A stretch of DNA of 62,874 nucleotides, the filler included. It is 12 parts of 12 records of this genome, joined end to end, with 100 filler letters (N's around TTAATTAATTAA, not from the genome) between each part and the next. Parts side by side here need not be neighbours in the genome. Positions count along the whole stretch, not along the records: positions 8,948 to 13,632 come from SRR15195285_1503; positions 13,733 to 16,884 come from SRR15195285_1514; positions 16,985 to 25,294 come from SRR15195285_1515; 9 more parts are not named here. One strand, written 5' to 3'. Positions 11,759 to 22,030 of the stretch are shown piece by piece (the stretch's first letter is position 1; every line of letters starts with the position of its first letter). The translations under genes and the position numbers were made by a program. Below the pieces are notes generated by a model. It saw only the letters and a program-made list of their open reading frames with translations. It searched no databases and was not told the origin of the DNA.

Positions 11759-13340
11759 TTATGCAGGGCTCGCAAGCTTGCCCGTCTTGTCGCCATGAGA
11801 CCTAGCTGGCTTACTGCTGCAGCTGAGGACCGAGTTACCTCGGCGAGTTTTTGTGCCACCGTCACTGCTAGTACCGCCGCCGCCGCCCCAACCACCGTTG
11901 CCGGCGCCCCCACCTCGACTGCCTCCTTCTCGATATCGTCCTGCAGTGCGCTTCCGTGCTGGTGCGGGAGCTGGTGCTGTTCGTATCGACAGCGACAAAT
12001 ACATCACACCAAGGTATACTTTGATCATCAAGAAATTTGCACAGCACTGGAAGATGTTTACGGGCTTACCGAAGCCACCTGCATATCCTTCGGGGTAATC
12101 ACACACTACCGGGTCGTCCTGCTAGCGGCACAGCCATGGGAGATGTCAGATCATTTCCCAGAAAATTATCGGTCTCGTCCAAGACGGAAATTTCATCAAC
12201 AGTCCCTGGCGAAAAACGTGTTGAACCGAACCTGCGCATGGGCCATGCCTATCGGGCAGTCGTTGATGATGTACCGAAACTCATCGAAGTTTATCTTTCC
12301 GTCGTTGTCCTACACGCACCGGCATCAGACCCTCAGTATCACTCGGGCACAGTGGATGTACTGGGTTGCCCACCTTGTCGCCTTCTCGAATCATATCCCT
12401 GCATCAATACAGCAAAATTCAGGTCCCAGCACCAGTTGTGTGCGCGAGATAGGATGGGACTACAGGTCTCACCGCGCTTCTTCGATCGTCAGCACTTCCC
12501 CAACCTGTGTTTTGCATAGACTGTCAGTTGGCTATCGTACTGCCGAGCGCATCACAGCATATCAACAGTTTGATTTCAAGCCCACAAATTCGAGTCAGTA
12601 CCGAGCGCATCATCCGGATGAGGTCCTCAGCCGTGATGTAGCCTGTACGTAACATACAATGTTTCCGCAACGGTCCCAAAATCGGCCGCAATAGACGCCC
12701 ATCTTTTTGTCAACAATGTTTAAGTCAAAAACAAGGCGCCGTCTAGCAGCGTGGATCTACAACGTAAATGGTTGGGCGTGGTCGTCCGCTCGAGCCACGC
12801 ACCACTGTCATTGACATCGAAGGCACAGAACGCTTTCAAGATATCCTCGTCTGGTACTGCGTCCAGCCCTGTGATGAGGCAGTTTGCAAAGTCGGTCTAC
12901 GGGCGCAACACCAGAATAACCAGCTGCGTCAGAAGAAGCAGATCGGTTGGGAATACGGTGCAAGCGCTGGTGCTCGGCAGAGCTGCGTTCGCCAACGCAC
13001 GAATGAGATCATCCCGTCACCGTCTATATCCACCTCTGCGACCATGTCCTGCACTTCGTCATCAGTCGGCGTCTGGCCTGCGGCGCAGATGAGGTCACAG
13101 CGTCACCTGTCTGTGATGCAGGTAGCGCGCTGTGCTCGCGCTCCGGCTCCCGCGCGTAGGTAGCGTACCGAGGAATATCATGACATCCTTGAGCTCACTT
13201 GCGGAGATCACGCCGTCGTCGTCCTTATCGAACAGCTCGAACGCGTCCCTAAACTCCTCGAGCTGCTCGGGCGAGATCTGATCCAGCAGTGGGGCGTCGG
13301 CCGTGATGAGCTCTCCATGGTAGTCGGCGGGCATCTCCAT
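11759..13340 (-). CDS. Calmodulin-like four-EF-hand protein with Gly-rich C-terminal extension, at least 7 short exons
   Basis: Spliced: QLEEFRDAFELFDKDDDGVISASEL..GQTPTDDEVQDMVAEVDIDGDGMISF TDF..AFCAFDVNDSG YITAEDL..VGEVLTIEEARDMIREGDK DNDGKINFDEF. Exons downstream of about 12250 are less certain. Confidence 0.85.
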
Positions 13341-13632
13341 CGGCGGGCGGGCGTGATCGCCTTGGTGACAGACGGCAAGCAGTCCTGCGCAGGCACCACC
13401 GAGACCGTGCACAGACCGAACCGTCCGGATGTCCGCCAACGCAGGGCTGACCCTCTGCCGCCATGCGATGGAGCGCCGCGTGCTGAAGGCCCACAAAGGT
13501 TCTGCCCACAGCGTGTGGCCGTTCGGCGCCGCCCCGCGCGCGAGCAGGCAGGGGCCCCTCGCGCGGCTACTACTCGTATTCGAATACAGGCTTGTTTGGT
13601 CATACAGGGTTTCTCATATGACAGGAATACAC

Positions 13633-13732
13633 NNNNNNNNNNNNNNNNNNNNNNNNNNNNNNNNNNNNNNNNNNNNTTAATTAATTAANNNNNNNNNNNN
13701 NNNNNNNNNNNNNNNNNNNNNNNNNNNNNNNN
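13633..13732. other. Artificial contig spacer
   Basis: N44-TTAATTAATTAA-N44. Confidence 0.99.
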
Positions 13733-13852
13733 GTACTTATCAGCTGTTCCCCACACGCGTACTCGACCCGTTTCAGGTGACAATGGCCCGTTTTTTACGG
13801 CATCCGGGCTGTAGAAACGGGCCAAAATTTGAATGAGGGTCCCGAATTGTAA

Positions 13853-14566
13853 ATGAGCTGCCCTGACCTGGTTTTCCTCGAGATCGTTCGTCGAGACCCA
13901 CAGAATGCGCCTCTTGACGTTGTTCACTTCGACCTCACCGCCGACAACTATGACAGCCTGGGTATTTTCCTGGAGAAGACCAACATGAACAACGACGATT
14001 GGTATCCTGGTTGTCAACGCGAGCGAGACATCATCGAAGACAAGGGCAAAGTGCCCCGTCAGGCTTCGGCATAAATGTACAGCTCTTTGTGGATTGTGGC
14101 CAACCGACAGCAGTAGGAGGAGAACGCAGCACTGAAGGAGCGATGTGCAGAGCTGCGCGCCAAGCAAGACCCAGGCAGTGCAAGACTGAACCCTGAATCG
14201 GTGCAGGAAGGAATCTCGCCCGAGCCCGAGCCGCCCAAGCCTGATCCTGAGCCTGATCCTGAGCCTAAGCCCGAGCCTGAGCTGGAGCCTAAGTCGGAGC
14301 TGGAGCCGCAGCCGGAGCCGGAGCTCGAGGTGTTTGGGCTTGGCGATATTGAGGAACTGCATGTGTTGCTGCACATCTGCAGTTTCCTCGCACCAAACGA
14401 CCTTGCGAGATTGGCGTGCGTGTCACGCTGCTTCGGCGCCAAGATCGAGTGGCACGCGATTTTCCTCTTGTTTTTAGTGTATCAAGCAATAAAATTACAT
14501 ACACTTTCATCACTGAAAAAAGATTGTGCGAACAGTTTTTCTCGGACTGGCCTCTTTTCTCCGTGA
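13853..14566 (+). CDS. Short F-box protein with Pro/Glu repeat linker (intron 14051-14116), possibly truncated
   Basis: F-box-like LHVLLHICSFLAPNDLARLACVSRCF after PEPEP repeats. The phase-0 intron joins ORF 13853 to the frame of ORF 14201. Confidence 0.6.
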
Positions 14567-14763
14567 AGTCACAGTGCACGGCGCACATATTGAACTCATT
14601 TCCGGTGAGCGTGAGTTACCAAGCAGACGTCATGAGTGCACATACGCATTGACTCGATAAACTGGCTGAAAATCACGAAAATACCAGATATCACATTTTC
14701 ACTCCGGAATGTTTGGCTCCGACTCTGGATGGATTGTGGGGGACGACTACGTAATAACGCTGG

Positions 14764-16164
14764 ATGGCGTGTCGCACGGCAGCCTCGTCGCCGTCGCTGC
14801 TGCCGTCGTCGTCGCTGCTGCTGCTGCTGCTGCTCGGACTGCTGGGGCTACTGGGGACGCCGGCGGCGACGGCAGTGCACGGTGGTGGCTCTGTGTCAGC
14901 AGCAGCTGCGCCGTCTGGGCTGCAGGCACCTCGTCGCGTGCTGCGCGGGCGCTACGTGACGGTGGAGATCGCGCCCGTTGAGTGCGTGGTGACGAATTAC
15001 GGCGCGGTCGGCGACGGGAAGCACGACGACACGCAGGCAATCCAGGCGGCGTTCGCGCACTGCGGGCTGAGTGGCGGCGGAGTGGTCGTGCTACCGGCCG
15101 GCAGACGCTTCTTGATCTTCTCGGTGCAGTTTACGTCCTCGAACCAGGAGCTGCGGATCGAGGAGGGAGCCACGCTGCTTGGGTCGGACGACATCGCGGC
15201 CTGGAAGGACGGCGAAGTCGGGAGCGCGCTCATAGTCGCGCCGAAGAAACTGCCGAAATTCCCGAAGGGGCTCGAGCATATCGCCATCACCGGAGGAGGA
15301 ACCGTCGATGGGCAAGGACTCGTCTTCTGGCGCGGCCGAGTCAAGAACGTGTTCCGGCCGCACACCGTCGACTTCAGCCATGTGCAGTACGGCCTGATCT
15401 CCGGGCCGACCTTCACACGCGCCCCGAACCACGTTCTTGAGCTCGGCTGCGATCACTGCGAGCTGAGCTACATCAAAGTGCTGAACCCACCTAGCACAGG
15501 GAGTTGCGAAAAAGACCTGACGTGCTCGCACAACACAGACGCCGTAGATGTGCACGGCACGCCCTTCTACATCCACAACGTCAACTTCACGACCGGCGAC
15601 GATAACGTCGCGGTGCACGCGAATAACACACTTGTCGAGGACAGCTACATGGGCACCGGGCATGGCATCTCCATTGGGAGTATGTGCGACGAGTCGATCA
15701 CCAACTTGACCGTGCGCAACATCACGTTCCAATCCACAACAGCCGGATGCAAGATCAAAGCGCACCCAACTAACGACAAAACCAAGAAGCCCTGCAGTGG
15801 GCACGTGTGGGGTATAAGCTATAGCGATCTGACGATGCATGGCGTCGGGCTTCCGATCGATTTGGAACAGTTTTACGCGTGGAAAGGAAAGACCAAGCCT
15901 AAGTCCAAGGTGTTCTACGAACGGATCGTATACCGCAACATCAGCAGCACCGGTGGTGGCGATTCGCACGGCACGGTCGCAAGCTTCACGTGCGATACGC
16001 ACTACAACGGCAAGAACAACTGTGCCGATATCGAATTCGATAACGTGGCGTTTGCAGGTCTTGGGAGCGCTGCAAAGAAGACAGGGATGGTGTGCGAGGG
16101 TGTCACTGGCAGTGCCACTGGGCTGAGTGGAATCAACGATTGCCTCCATCAAACATTCTTGTGA
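14764..16164 (+). CDS. Secreted glycoside hydrolase family 28 (polygalacturonase-like), intronless
   Basis: Poly-Leu signal peptide, YGAVGDGKHDDTQAIQAAF, GGGTVDGQG, and catalytic motifs NTD, GDD, GHG, with KIK in place of RIK. Confidence 0.9.
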   Translation: MACRTAASSPSLLPSSSLLLLLLLGLLGLLGTPAATAVHGGGSVSAAAAPSGLQAPRRVLRGRYVTVEIAPVECVVTNYGAVGDGKHDDTQAIQAAFAHCGLSGGGVVVLPAGRRFLIFSVQFTSSNQELRIEEGATLLGSDDIAAWKDGEVGSALIVAPKKLPKFPKGLEHIAITGGGTVDGQGLVFWRGRVKNVFRPHTVDFSHVQYGLISGPTFTRAPNHVLELGCDHCELSYIKVLNPPSTGSCEKDLTCSHNTDAVDVHGTPFYIHNVNFTTGDDNVAVHANNTLVEDSYMGTGHGISIGSMCDESITNLTVRNITFQSTTAGCKIKAHPTNDKTKKPCSGHVWGISYSDLTMHGVGLPIDLEQFYAWKGKTKPKSKVFYERIVYRNISSTGGGDSHGTVASFTCDTHYNGKNNCADIEFDNVAFAGLGSAAKKTGMVCEGVTGSATGLSGINDCLHQTFL

Positions 16165-16248
16165 ATGACAACGTCCGAATGGATTGGAAATTGATTTGCC
16201 AACCAGCACTGGACTGATCTAGCAAAAAATTCATAGCCCAGGTTACCA

Positions 16249-16695
16249 TCATAGACACATCTTAACATCGATCGCGGGCATTGGCGATGCCTCGGCACGC
16301 GACGCTACCGTAGACGGTGGCGGTAGATCCTTGAGGTCATGAAATCTGTCAAAGTCGACGCGGAACGAGGGCGTCTCGCCCGGCTTCGTCTCGCTATCTA
16401 CGACCATCACCTGTCCCGTCCACCACGAGTTCCTGAGTTTACCTGTAAGGCATTTTCAAACACAGTATGTTTGCAGTGCAAGAGACTGTGTGCGGTGGCA
16501 TCGTACGTCTTGGAAGCGCTTGTTGAAAGCAAAATCCTCGAACGTGTAGCGCTTCATTGCATTGATTTCGGCTTGATATACATCGTCGTTTGCAACGATC
16601 GTTGCGCTAAACGCGTGGTGCTCCAATCGATCTGGAGACACCAATCCGCCAACGATGCAGTCAAACAGCGGCGACTCATTATCAATCTTCCTCAC
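16249..16695 (-). CDS. 3' part of an inward-rectifier K+ channel (Kir cytoplasmic domain); 5' end lost at contig edge; intron 16506-16411
   Basis: KIDNESPLF..ANDDVYQAEINAMKRYTFEDFAFNKRFQD spliced to VMVV..FRVDFDRFHD matches the Kir/KirBac pattern HxIDExSPL..Y...I.W..RF.D..VDxxRFH. Stop TGA at 16251-16249. Confidence 0.75.
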
Positions 16696-16884
16696 TCAAT
16701 CGATCGATCCACGCAAGCAGACGAGGACACTTCTCGCTCCTCCGCCACCCATGACTCACCTCCAGAATATCCGGACAGAGACGCAGCAGTGGGAACTCAC
16801 GCGTCATGATCGATCACGCGTGAGCAACATGCCGCGCGCGGACTGTAAGAGACTATGTCGGTCGCGGTTCGGTTGCAGTCAGGT

Positions 16885-16984
16885 NNNNNNNNNNNNNNNN
16901 NNNNNNNNNNNNNNNNNNNNNNNNNNNNTTAATTAATTAANNNNNNNNNNNNNNNNNNNNNNNNNNNNNNNNNNNNNNNNNNNN
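16885..16984. other. Artificial contig spacer
   Basis: N44-TTAATTAATTAA-N44. Confidence 0.99.
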
Positions 16985-17060
16985 TCTGTCTGTCTGTCTC
17001 TCTGTCTCTCTGTTTCTGTCTGTCTGTCTGGCTGTCTGTCCGTCCGTCCGTCCGTCCGTC
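16985..17060. repeat. Compound microsatellite (TCTG)n/(TC)n/(TCCG)n
   Basis: Directly visible at the contig start. Confidence 0.9.
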
Positions 17061-17099
17061 TAGCTGGCTGGTTTCTCGGCATGGGAGCGCTGGTTTGCT

Positions 17100-20000
17100 G
17101 TGTCACGTGAGGGCAAACTTGTCAACCTGGTTTTTGGCTGCAAATCAAGGGCGTCGTGTTGCGTGGAGCAGGTGCAGGCGGAGCGCGCGAAGAAGCTGGC
17201 GCGAAGCGGCCAGCGCCATGCGAGAGTCGGCCGAGGGCTCTCCGCGGCGACGGTCCGGGAGCGGCTGGCGGAAGCACCGGACCAGCACGCGGGGAGTAGC
17301 GTGCTGGGGGAGGTGGGCGAGATCCTCGACCCAGCGGATGTGCTGCTTGGCTCGGAGATTGCGCAGCGATTCCGGCCGTGCTTCGAGGCGATGCTGCCGT
17401 CGGCGATCTGCACTGCAGAGCTGCGCGAGGCGGCGTGGCGGCTGACGCACTGGACACTGGCGCGCTCGGACGCAGGGCGGCTCGAGGCCGGCAGCCTGGT
17501 CGAGCTCCTGGTCGCGCGCAAGACACCGCTGCCAGGTGCGCTGGCGAGAGACTCGGGCGCCCAAAGTGCCAACAGCTCAGCGTCCGAGCTCGACTCGGAA
17601 GAGCTGGTCGCTGAGGCAGCGGGCCTGAAGGGGCTCGGTGAGCGCGGCGGACTGGGCGAGTGGCTGTTGAGCCCGGGGGCGGTCGGCGTGATGGCGCACT
17701 TGGCGTTCGATGCGGCGGCAGAGCACAGCGAGACGCGCGATTTCTACCACGCTCTGCACGCGCTGCTGTCCGGTGTGATCACACTCGGGGCGGGGCGGCT
17801 GCTGGTTGCGCTGCGGCGTGACGAAACTTCCTCGTGTCTACTGCAGCAATGGGGCCTGCCCTGCCCTGGGCCCTACAGCCCGCTGAATCTGGGAGGCGTA
17901 GTGGGGTTGTTGCGGCTTCGCGGTGCTGCGCTGATGGCTGTTCTGGCGAAGTTGCCGCGTGGCGCGCGTATGTCCGTGCCCACGGCGTTGGGCATGAGGC
18001 GGTGGGCTCGGATGACTGTGGCTGCGCGGCGCAAGCGGGAAGGCGAAGAGGACGGGAGCCCGCCAAATGAGCTGGTCCCGCGGCCGTTCTTCATCTTGGT
18101 CAGACGCTGGGTCTCTAGTGGGGCATCGTATGACTACGGCAGCAGCAAGCCCCAGGTTGACCGGGAGGAAGAAGCGCCTGCCGCGCCATTTGCTTCCTGG
18201 AACGTGACACCGGGCGGCGACCTGGCGAACTTGCTCCATACTGAGATCCTGCAGATCGTTTCCAGCTCGCCGCAACGATGGACTGCGATGCGGCTGATTA
18301 GTGGCGTAGGAGACGGCGCGGTGCACGGCTACACTATGGAGCCCGCTCTGCGAGAGTGCACGCACTGCAGAGTCGATATCATGCAGTGCACCATTGCCAA
18401 GGTGGCTTCGACGAGTGGTTCCGCTCACGGAGCCAAATCTCGGGGAACACACCATCAGTCGGTTGACGCAGTTGCAGTCTGCCGCCTCGCGCCGGAGGTG
18501 CCAGGGGGGCCGCTACGGGAGTACCACTTCGTGTTTCCACACCTGATCGCAACGGGCTGGGCAATACAGGCGGCGAAGGTGGTGCGCTCGGCTGATTTGG
18601 TGCCAGTACTGTGCGCGCGTACCCCAGGGAACCTTTTTCTTTTTGATTCGAGTGCACACGGCATGTCGCGCCGGGGCTCAGAAGGAGACGTCTCTGTCCC
18701 AGGAGACATTCATGTTGCGCGGCAGCCAGCATGGGCGGCTGTCAAGAAGACATATTCACGGCTTGGCACAGAAGGCAGCAGTCAGCCGCCGTGCGTGGTG
18801 GAAGTTCTCACTCCTCTTGTGACTGTAGTGGCACCTGCACTCTCGCCGCAGGAGGTGCAAGAGATGATTGCTCTGCGCGAGTGCTTTGCACAAGAGCATG
18901 GGGTGGGCAAGATGCTCGGGGCTTCGCCTGGCAGCTCCTCCTGTGTAGCACTGGACGAGAGTGGCAATCGCCGACGCAACAAGCACACGGACAGAAAAAT
19001 GAAGGAGGGTGAGAGACGTAGAACTGCCCAGGTGAACAGGAACGGTGTGCGGTCACGACACAAGGTGTCGGTCGACAAATCCCTGGATTCGCGACGAAAT
19101 GCTAGGGTGGCTGAGTTCGCCGAGTCTCTGGACTCCTTGGGCGCGGAAGTTGCGGTGCTTGAATGTGTAGAGGCAGGCCAAGCTTCGAACGAGGCTCTGG
19201 TTGTGAAAGAGGCTATGAAAAGCACAGCAGTGGTGCACTTAGTCGTCACCCAGCCACAACCAATGCTCCGGTCAGTGACGGGTGAGGTGTATGTAGAGAC
19301 AAAGAGTGGTACCGGCATTGCTGGAGAGCACTTTGTCGCGTGTCACACGCGCGTGCCATTCTCACTGTCGCCAGCACACCCGCAGGTCACGCTGATGGTT
19401 GAAGTAGAGGTGCTGCACTTCAAAAAACGACAGCCGGGAGATGATGAGGTATTTTACGTCGAGCTGGTGCGAGCTGTGTGTTCGACGGACGCCCGGGTTG
19501 ACCCGGCTAAAAAGAGTGCGACGGTTGTCGTTCTAGACTCGAGCAGACCGGCGGTGAAAGCCCAAGACCCTGTCGTGTTAGTGCGAGCACGGAATAAGCG
19601 GATGTCAGCAATCGACGGTAGTGGGAGCAGGCACGGTGGCCGACAGGGGAAAATGAAAGCAACGACGCAACTAATCGATGTCTGGCAGCCCGTGACTGCA
19701 ATGCAGTCTTGTTGCCTGAGGTGTGGGATGACTGGGACCCGGCACACCACAGGTGTGATGTGGCCGCAATGTCTGTCGCTACACGGCCCGCCGGCAACGT
19801 TCGCGACCCTTCCGAGGGTGGACATTCTGATGCTCACTCTAGCGGATCAGCGCCGCCATCAAGCCTCGGCGCTCATTCGAATCGATGGAATGCCTGGTAG
19901 CGATGATGTACCGCTTAGCCCTGCTGCCAGCAAGTGGAAGACAAATCGCCTCGATACCACACGAGCAACGCAAAGTGATGGCTCCAGTTCGTCTTCAGAT

Positions 20001-21908
20001 GAAGATCTTGACCAGGCCCATGAGTGGCCGCGAGGACTGGAACAGTGGGCAGTACAAGCTGAAGAAGCGAACGAAGACCTAGATGAGGTGGAGGTTGACC
20101 CACAGGTTACGGCGGCCTTTGGCAATGCATTCACCAATGCATTAATTGAACAGAAGACGCAATCTGATGCTGCAGCTTCGAAGTCTCAGGAGCAGATGAG
20201 TGACGACAGCAATGCAGACAGTGACAACCATCAGTCGACTTCTGGTACTGAAATGAGGCGCGTCGAGGGTGATGCAGTATCCAATGCACTAGCGATGATT
20301 GCGAACGTGTCTTTTCTACCCGAGGAGAACAAGAAGCCGCCCCGTGTATGTTCCGCGGGAAGGAGACACCCTCGGTCGGCTGCGGCCCCCTATAGTGGAT
20401 TCAAACACTACTCTCGCTCTCAACGTGGGGTGAACTCGCGGTCTGCCCCACCGAGATCCCAGGTGCCGTCTGGATTTACGACGCGTGGAGTTGCTGAATG
20501 GAACGATGACGTGCTCTTGCCCGGACGTCGAGCACGCAGCGCTTCCGTCAATCGCGCAAAGTACGATCGTAGGTCGCTCCAGCACATGGCAGCAGACGAA
20601 TCGCTGGTGCGCTCAGCTGTTGATTCTTCACCCGAACTGCAGTCTATGCTCAAAGCAGCTCCAGGGTTGCGCAAGCTGTTGAAAGACCCTGCAGCATTGG
20701 CATCGGTGATGCAGGCGAAAGCTAACGGTGGAAACCCAAAACAGGCACCAACTGGCCCCCAAATAAGGGCGCGACCTGTATCTGCGCCGCCCACTGCTGT
20801 GAATAATGATGATCTCCCCGCAGCAATTCAAGTGGGGCATAGCTCGTTGACAAAATCGCGCCTGGCTCAGAAGGCTGCGATTGACATCTCCGCTCAGCGT
20901 GACGGGTCGATGATCGGTGGCAGTCGTCCGGGGCTGTCTCGGCAACAAAAGAGTGCCCGTAATGGGAACAACATGGGCAGGCAATCGCGCAAGGAATCAG
21001 GAACGGCTGCGGTCAAGGCAGCTAGCGATGAGGCTGGCAAAGGGCCACGAGGTCTTGCTAAACTGGCGGAGGCAGTGGATTGTGCTGGGCAGGTGGATGT
21101 GTACGGAACAGACGGTCGAACCCCGCTTGTGGCGGCATCATCGAGCGGCAATTTGGAAGGCGTGTTGCTGCTTCTTAGCCGCGGAGCAAATCCCCTGAAA
21201 CCCGCGAAGATTGGTGGTGAAACGCCGCTGATTGCTGCCGCAGAACGTGGGCACGCAGATATTGTAGCAACACTAGTCGAGGCGATTGAGGCAGCAGACG
21301 ACGACGGCGAAGGAGTGACTGAAGCTGCTATCAACAGGCCCAATCTGCGGGAGGGTCGAGGCAGAACAGCGATGGTGGCAGCTATAGAAGCAGGTCACGC
21401 GGCGGTAGTGGAGTTGCTGGCAGCAGCGGGGGGCGAGGTACCAGCTCACGTGTCCGGGAAGGCTCTAATTATGGCAGAAAAGCACGGGCTGCAGGCTCTG
21501 CTTGCAACGACGACGACGCAGCAGGCGCAGCGTCGCAAAAGGCCCACCGACCATAAACATGGCAACAGCAGCGGCGAAGAACGCGACGAAGAAGGCGATG
21601 CAGAGGCTATCGGTGGTGGTGCAGAGGACGCTGATGCCGATGCATGGTTAGACGATCTGGCTGGACCAGCTGGGGCTGACAGCGGAGGTCCAACGCGTGG
21701 TGTGATGAGCGCTGTAAATCGCAGCAACACACACGCGATGCTATCAGCAGAGGATGCACCCGCCGCAAAGGCAGCAGCTCGCGCGGAAGCAGTTCGATCC
21801 ATGGCGTTTGCCGGCCTGGAGGCGGGGAAGGAGCAAGAAGACATGCGTTTTCTCGAAGAACTTGAAAGATGGCAAAAGGAATTCTGGAGCAAAGACGCGA
21901 CGAATTGA
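17100..21908 (+). CDS. Large protein (about 1600 aa) with three C-terminal ankyrin repeats and an STI1-like motif; probably 5'-incomplete
   Basis: Uninterrupted 4.8-kb ORF. Ankyrin-like GRTPLVAASSSGN, GETPLIAAAERGH and GRTAMVAAIEAGH; PELQSMLKAAPGLRKLLKDPAAL. No ATG near the ORF start. Confidence 0.75.
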   Translation: MSREGKLVNLVFGCKSRASCCVEQVQAERAKKLARSGQRHARVGRGLSAATVRERLAEAPDQHAGSSVLGEVGEILDPADVLLGSEIAQRFRPCFEAMLPSAICTAELREAAWRLTHWTLARSDAGRLEAGSLVELLVARKTPLPGALARDSGAQSANSSASELDSEELVAEAAGLKGLGERGGLGEWLLSPGAVGVMAHLAFDAAAEHSETRDFYHALHALLSGVITLGAGRLLVALRRDETSSCLLQQWGLPCPGPYSPLNLGGVVGLLRLRGAALMAVLAKLPRGARMSVPTALGMRRWARMTVAARRKREGEEDGSPPNELVPRPFFILVRRWVSSGASYDYGSSKPQVDREEEAPAAPFASWNVTPGGDLANLLHTEILQIVSSSPQRWTAMRLISGVGDGAVHGYTMEPALRECTHCRVDIMQCTIAKVASTSGSAHGAKSRGTHHQSVDAVAVCRLAPEVPGGPLREYHFVFPHLIATGWAIQAAKVVRSADLVPVLCARTPGNLFLFDSSAHGMSRRGSEGDVSVPGDIHVARQPAWAAVKKTYSRLGTEGSSQPPCVVEVLTPLVTVVAPALSPQEVQEMIALRECFAQEHGVGKMLGASPGSSSCVALDESGNRRRNKHTDRKMKEGERRRTAQVNRNGVRSRHKVSVDKSLDSRRNARVAEFAESLDSLGAEVAVLECVEAGQASNEALVVKEAMKSTAVVHLVVTQPQPMLRSVTGEVYVETKSGTGIAGEHFVACHTRVPFSLSPAHPQVTLMVEVEVLHFKKRQPGDDEVFYVELVRAVCSTDARVDPAKKSATVVVLDSSRPAVKAQDPVVLVRARNKRMSAIDGSGSRHGGRQGKMKATTQLIDVWQPVTAMQSCCLRCGMTGTRHTTGVMWPQCLSLHGPPATFATLPRVDILMLTLADQRRHQASALIRIDGMPGSDDVPLSPAASKWKTNRLDTTRATQSDGSSSSSDEDLDQAHEWPRGLEQWAVQAEEANEDLDEVEVDPQVTAAFGNAFTNALIEQKTQSDAAASKSQEQMSDDSNADSDNHQSTSGTEMRRVEGDAVSNALAMIANVSFLPEENKKPPRVCSAGRRHPRSAAAPYSGFKHYSRSQRGVNSRSAPPRSQVPSGFTTRGVAEWNDDVLLPGRRARSASVNRAKYDRRSLQHMAADESLVRSAVDSSPELQSMLKAAPGLRKLLKDPAALASVMQAKANGGNPKQAPTGPQIRARPVSAPPTAVNNDDLPAAIQVGHSSLTKSRLAQKAAIDISAQRDGSMIGGSRPGLSRQQKSARNGNNMGRQSRKESGTAAVKAASDEAGKGPRGLAKLAEAVDCAGQVDVYGTDGRTPLVAASSSGNLEGVLLLLSRGANPLKPAKIGGETPLIAAAERGHADIVATLVEAIEAADDDGEGVTEAAINRPNLREGRGRTAMVAAIEAGHAAVVELLAAAGGEVPAHVSGKALIMAEKHGLQALLATTTTQQAQRRKRPTDHKHGNSSGEERDEEGDAEAIGGGAEDADADAWLDDLAGPAGADSGGPTRGVMSAVNRSNTHAMLSAEDAPAAKAAARAEAVRSMAFAGLEAGKEQEDMRFLEELERWQKEFWSKDATN

Positions 21909-22030
21909 GCTCTCCAATAATTGTGGGCGGTCGTGTGGCAGCGGTGAAAACAATGATCCCATCAGTTATGCTGAAGCCATCTATTCACAACTTTTCATCC
22001 CTGTCCACATGTTGCAGATCTCTCGCACTT

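Noticed and set aside
11714-12652. 312-aa plus-strand ORF
   Set aside because: Antisense to the calmodulin-like exons and introns, with no recognisable motif.
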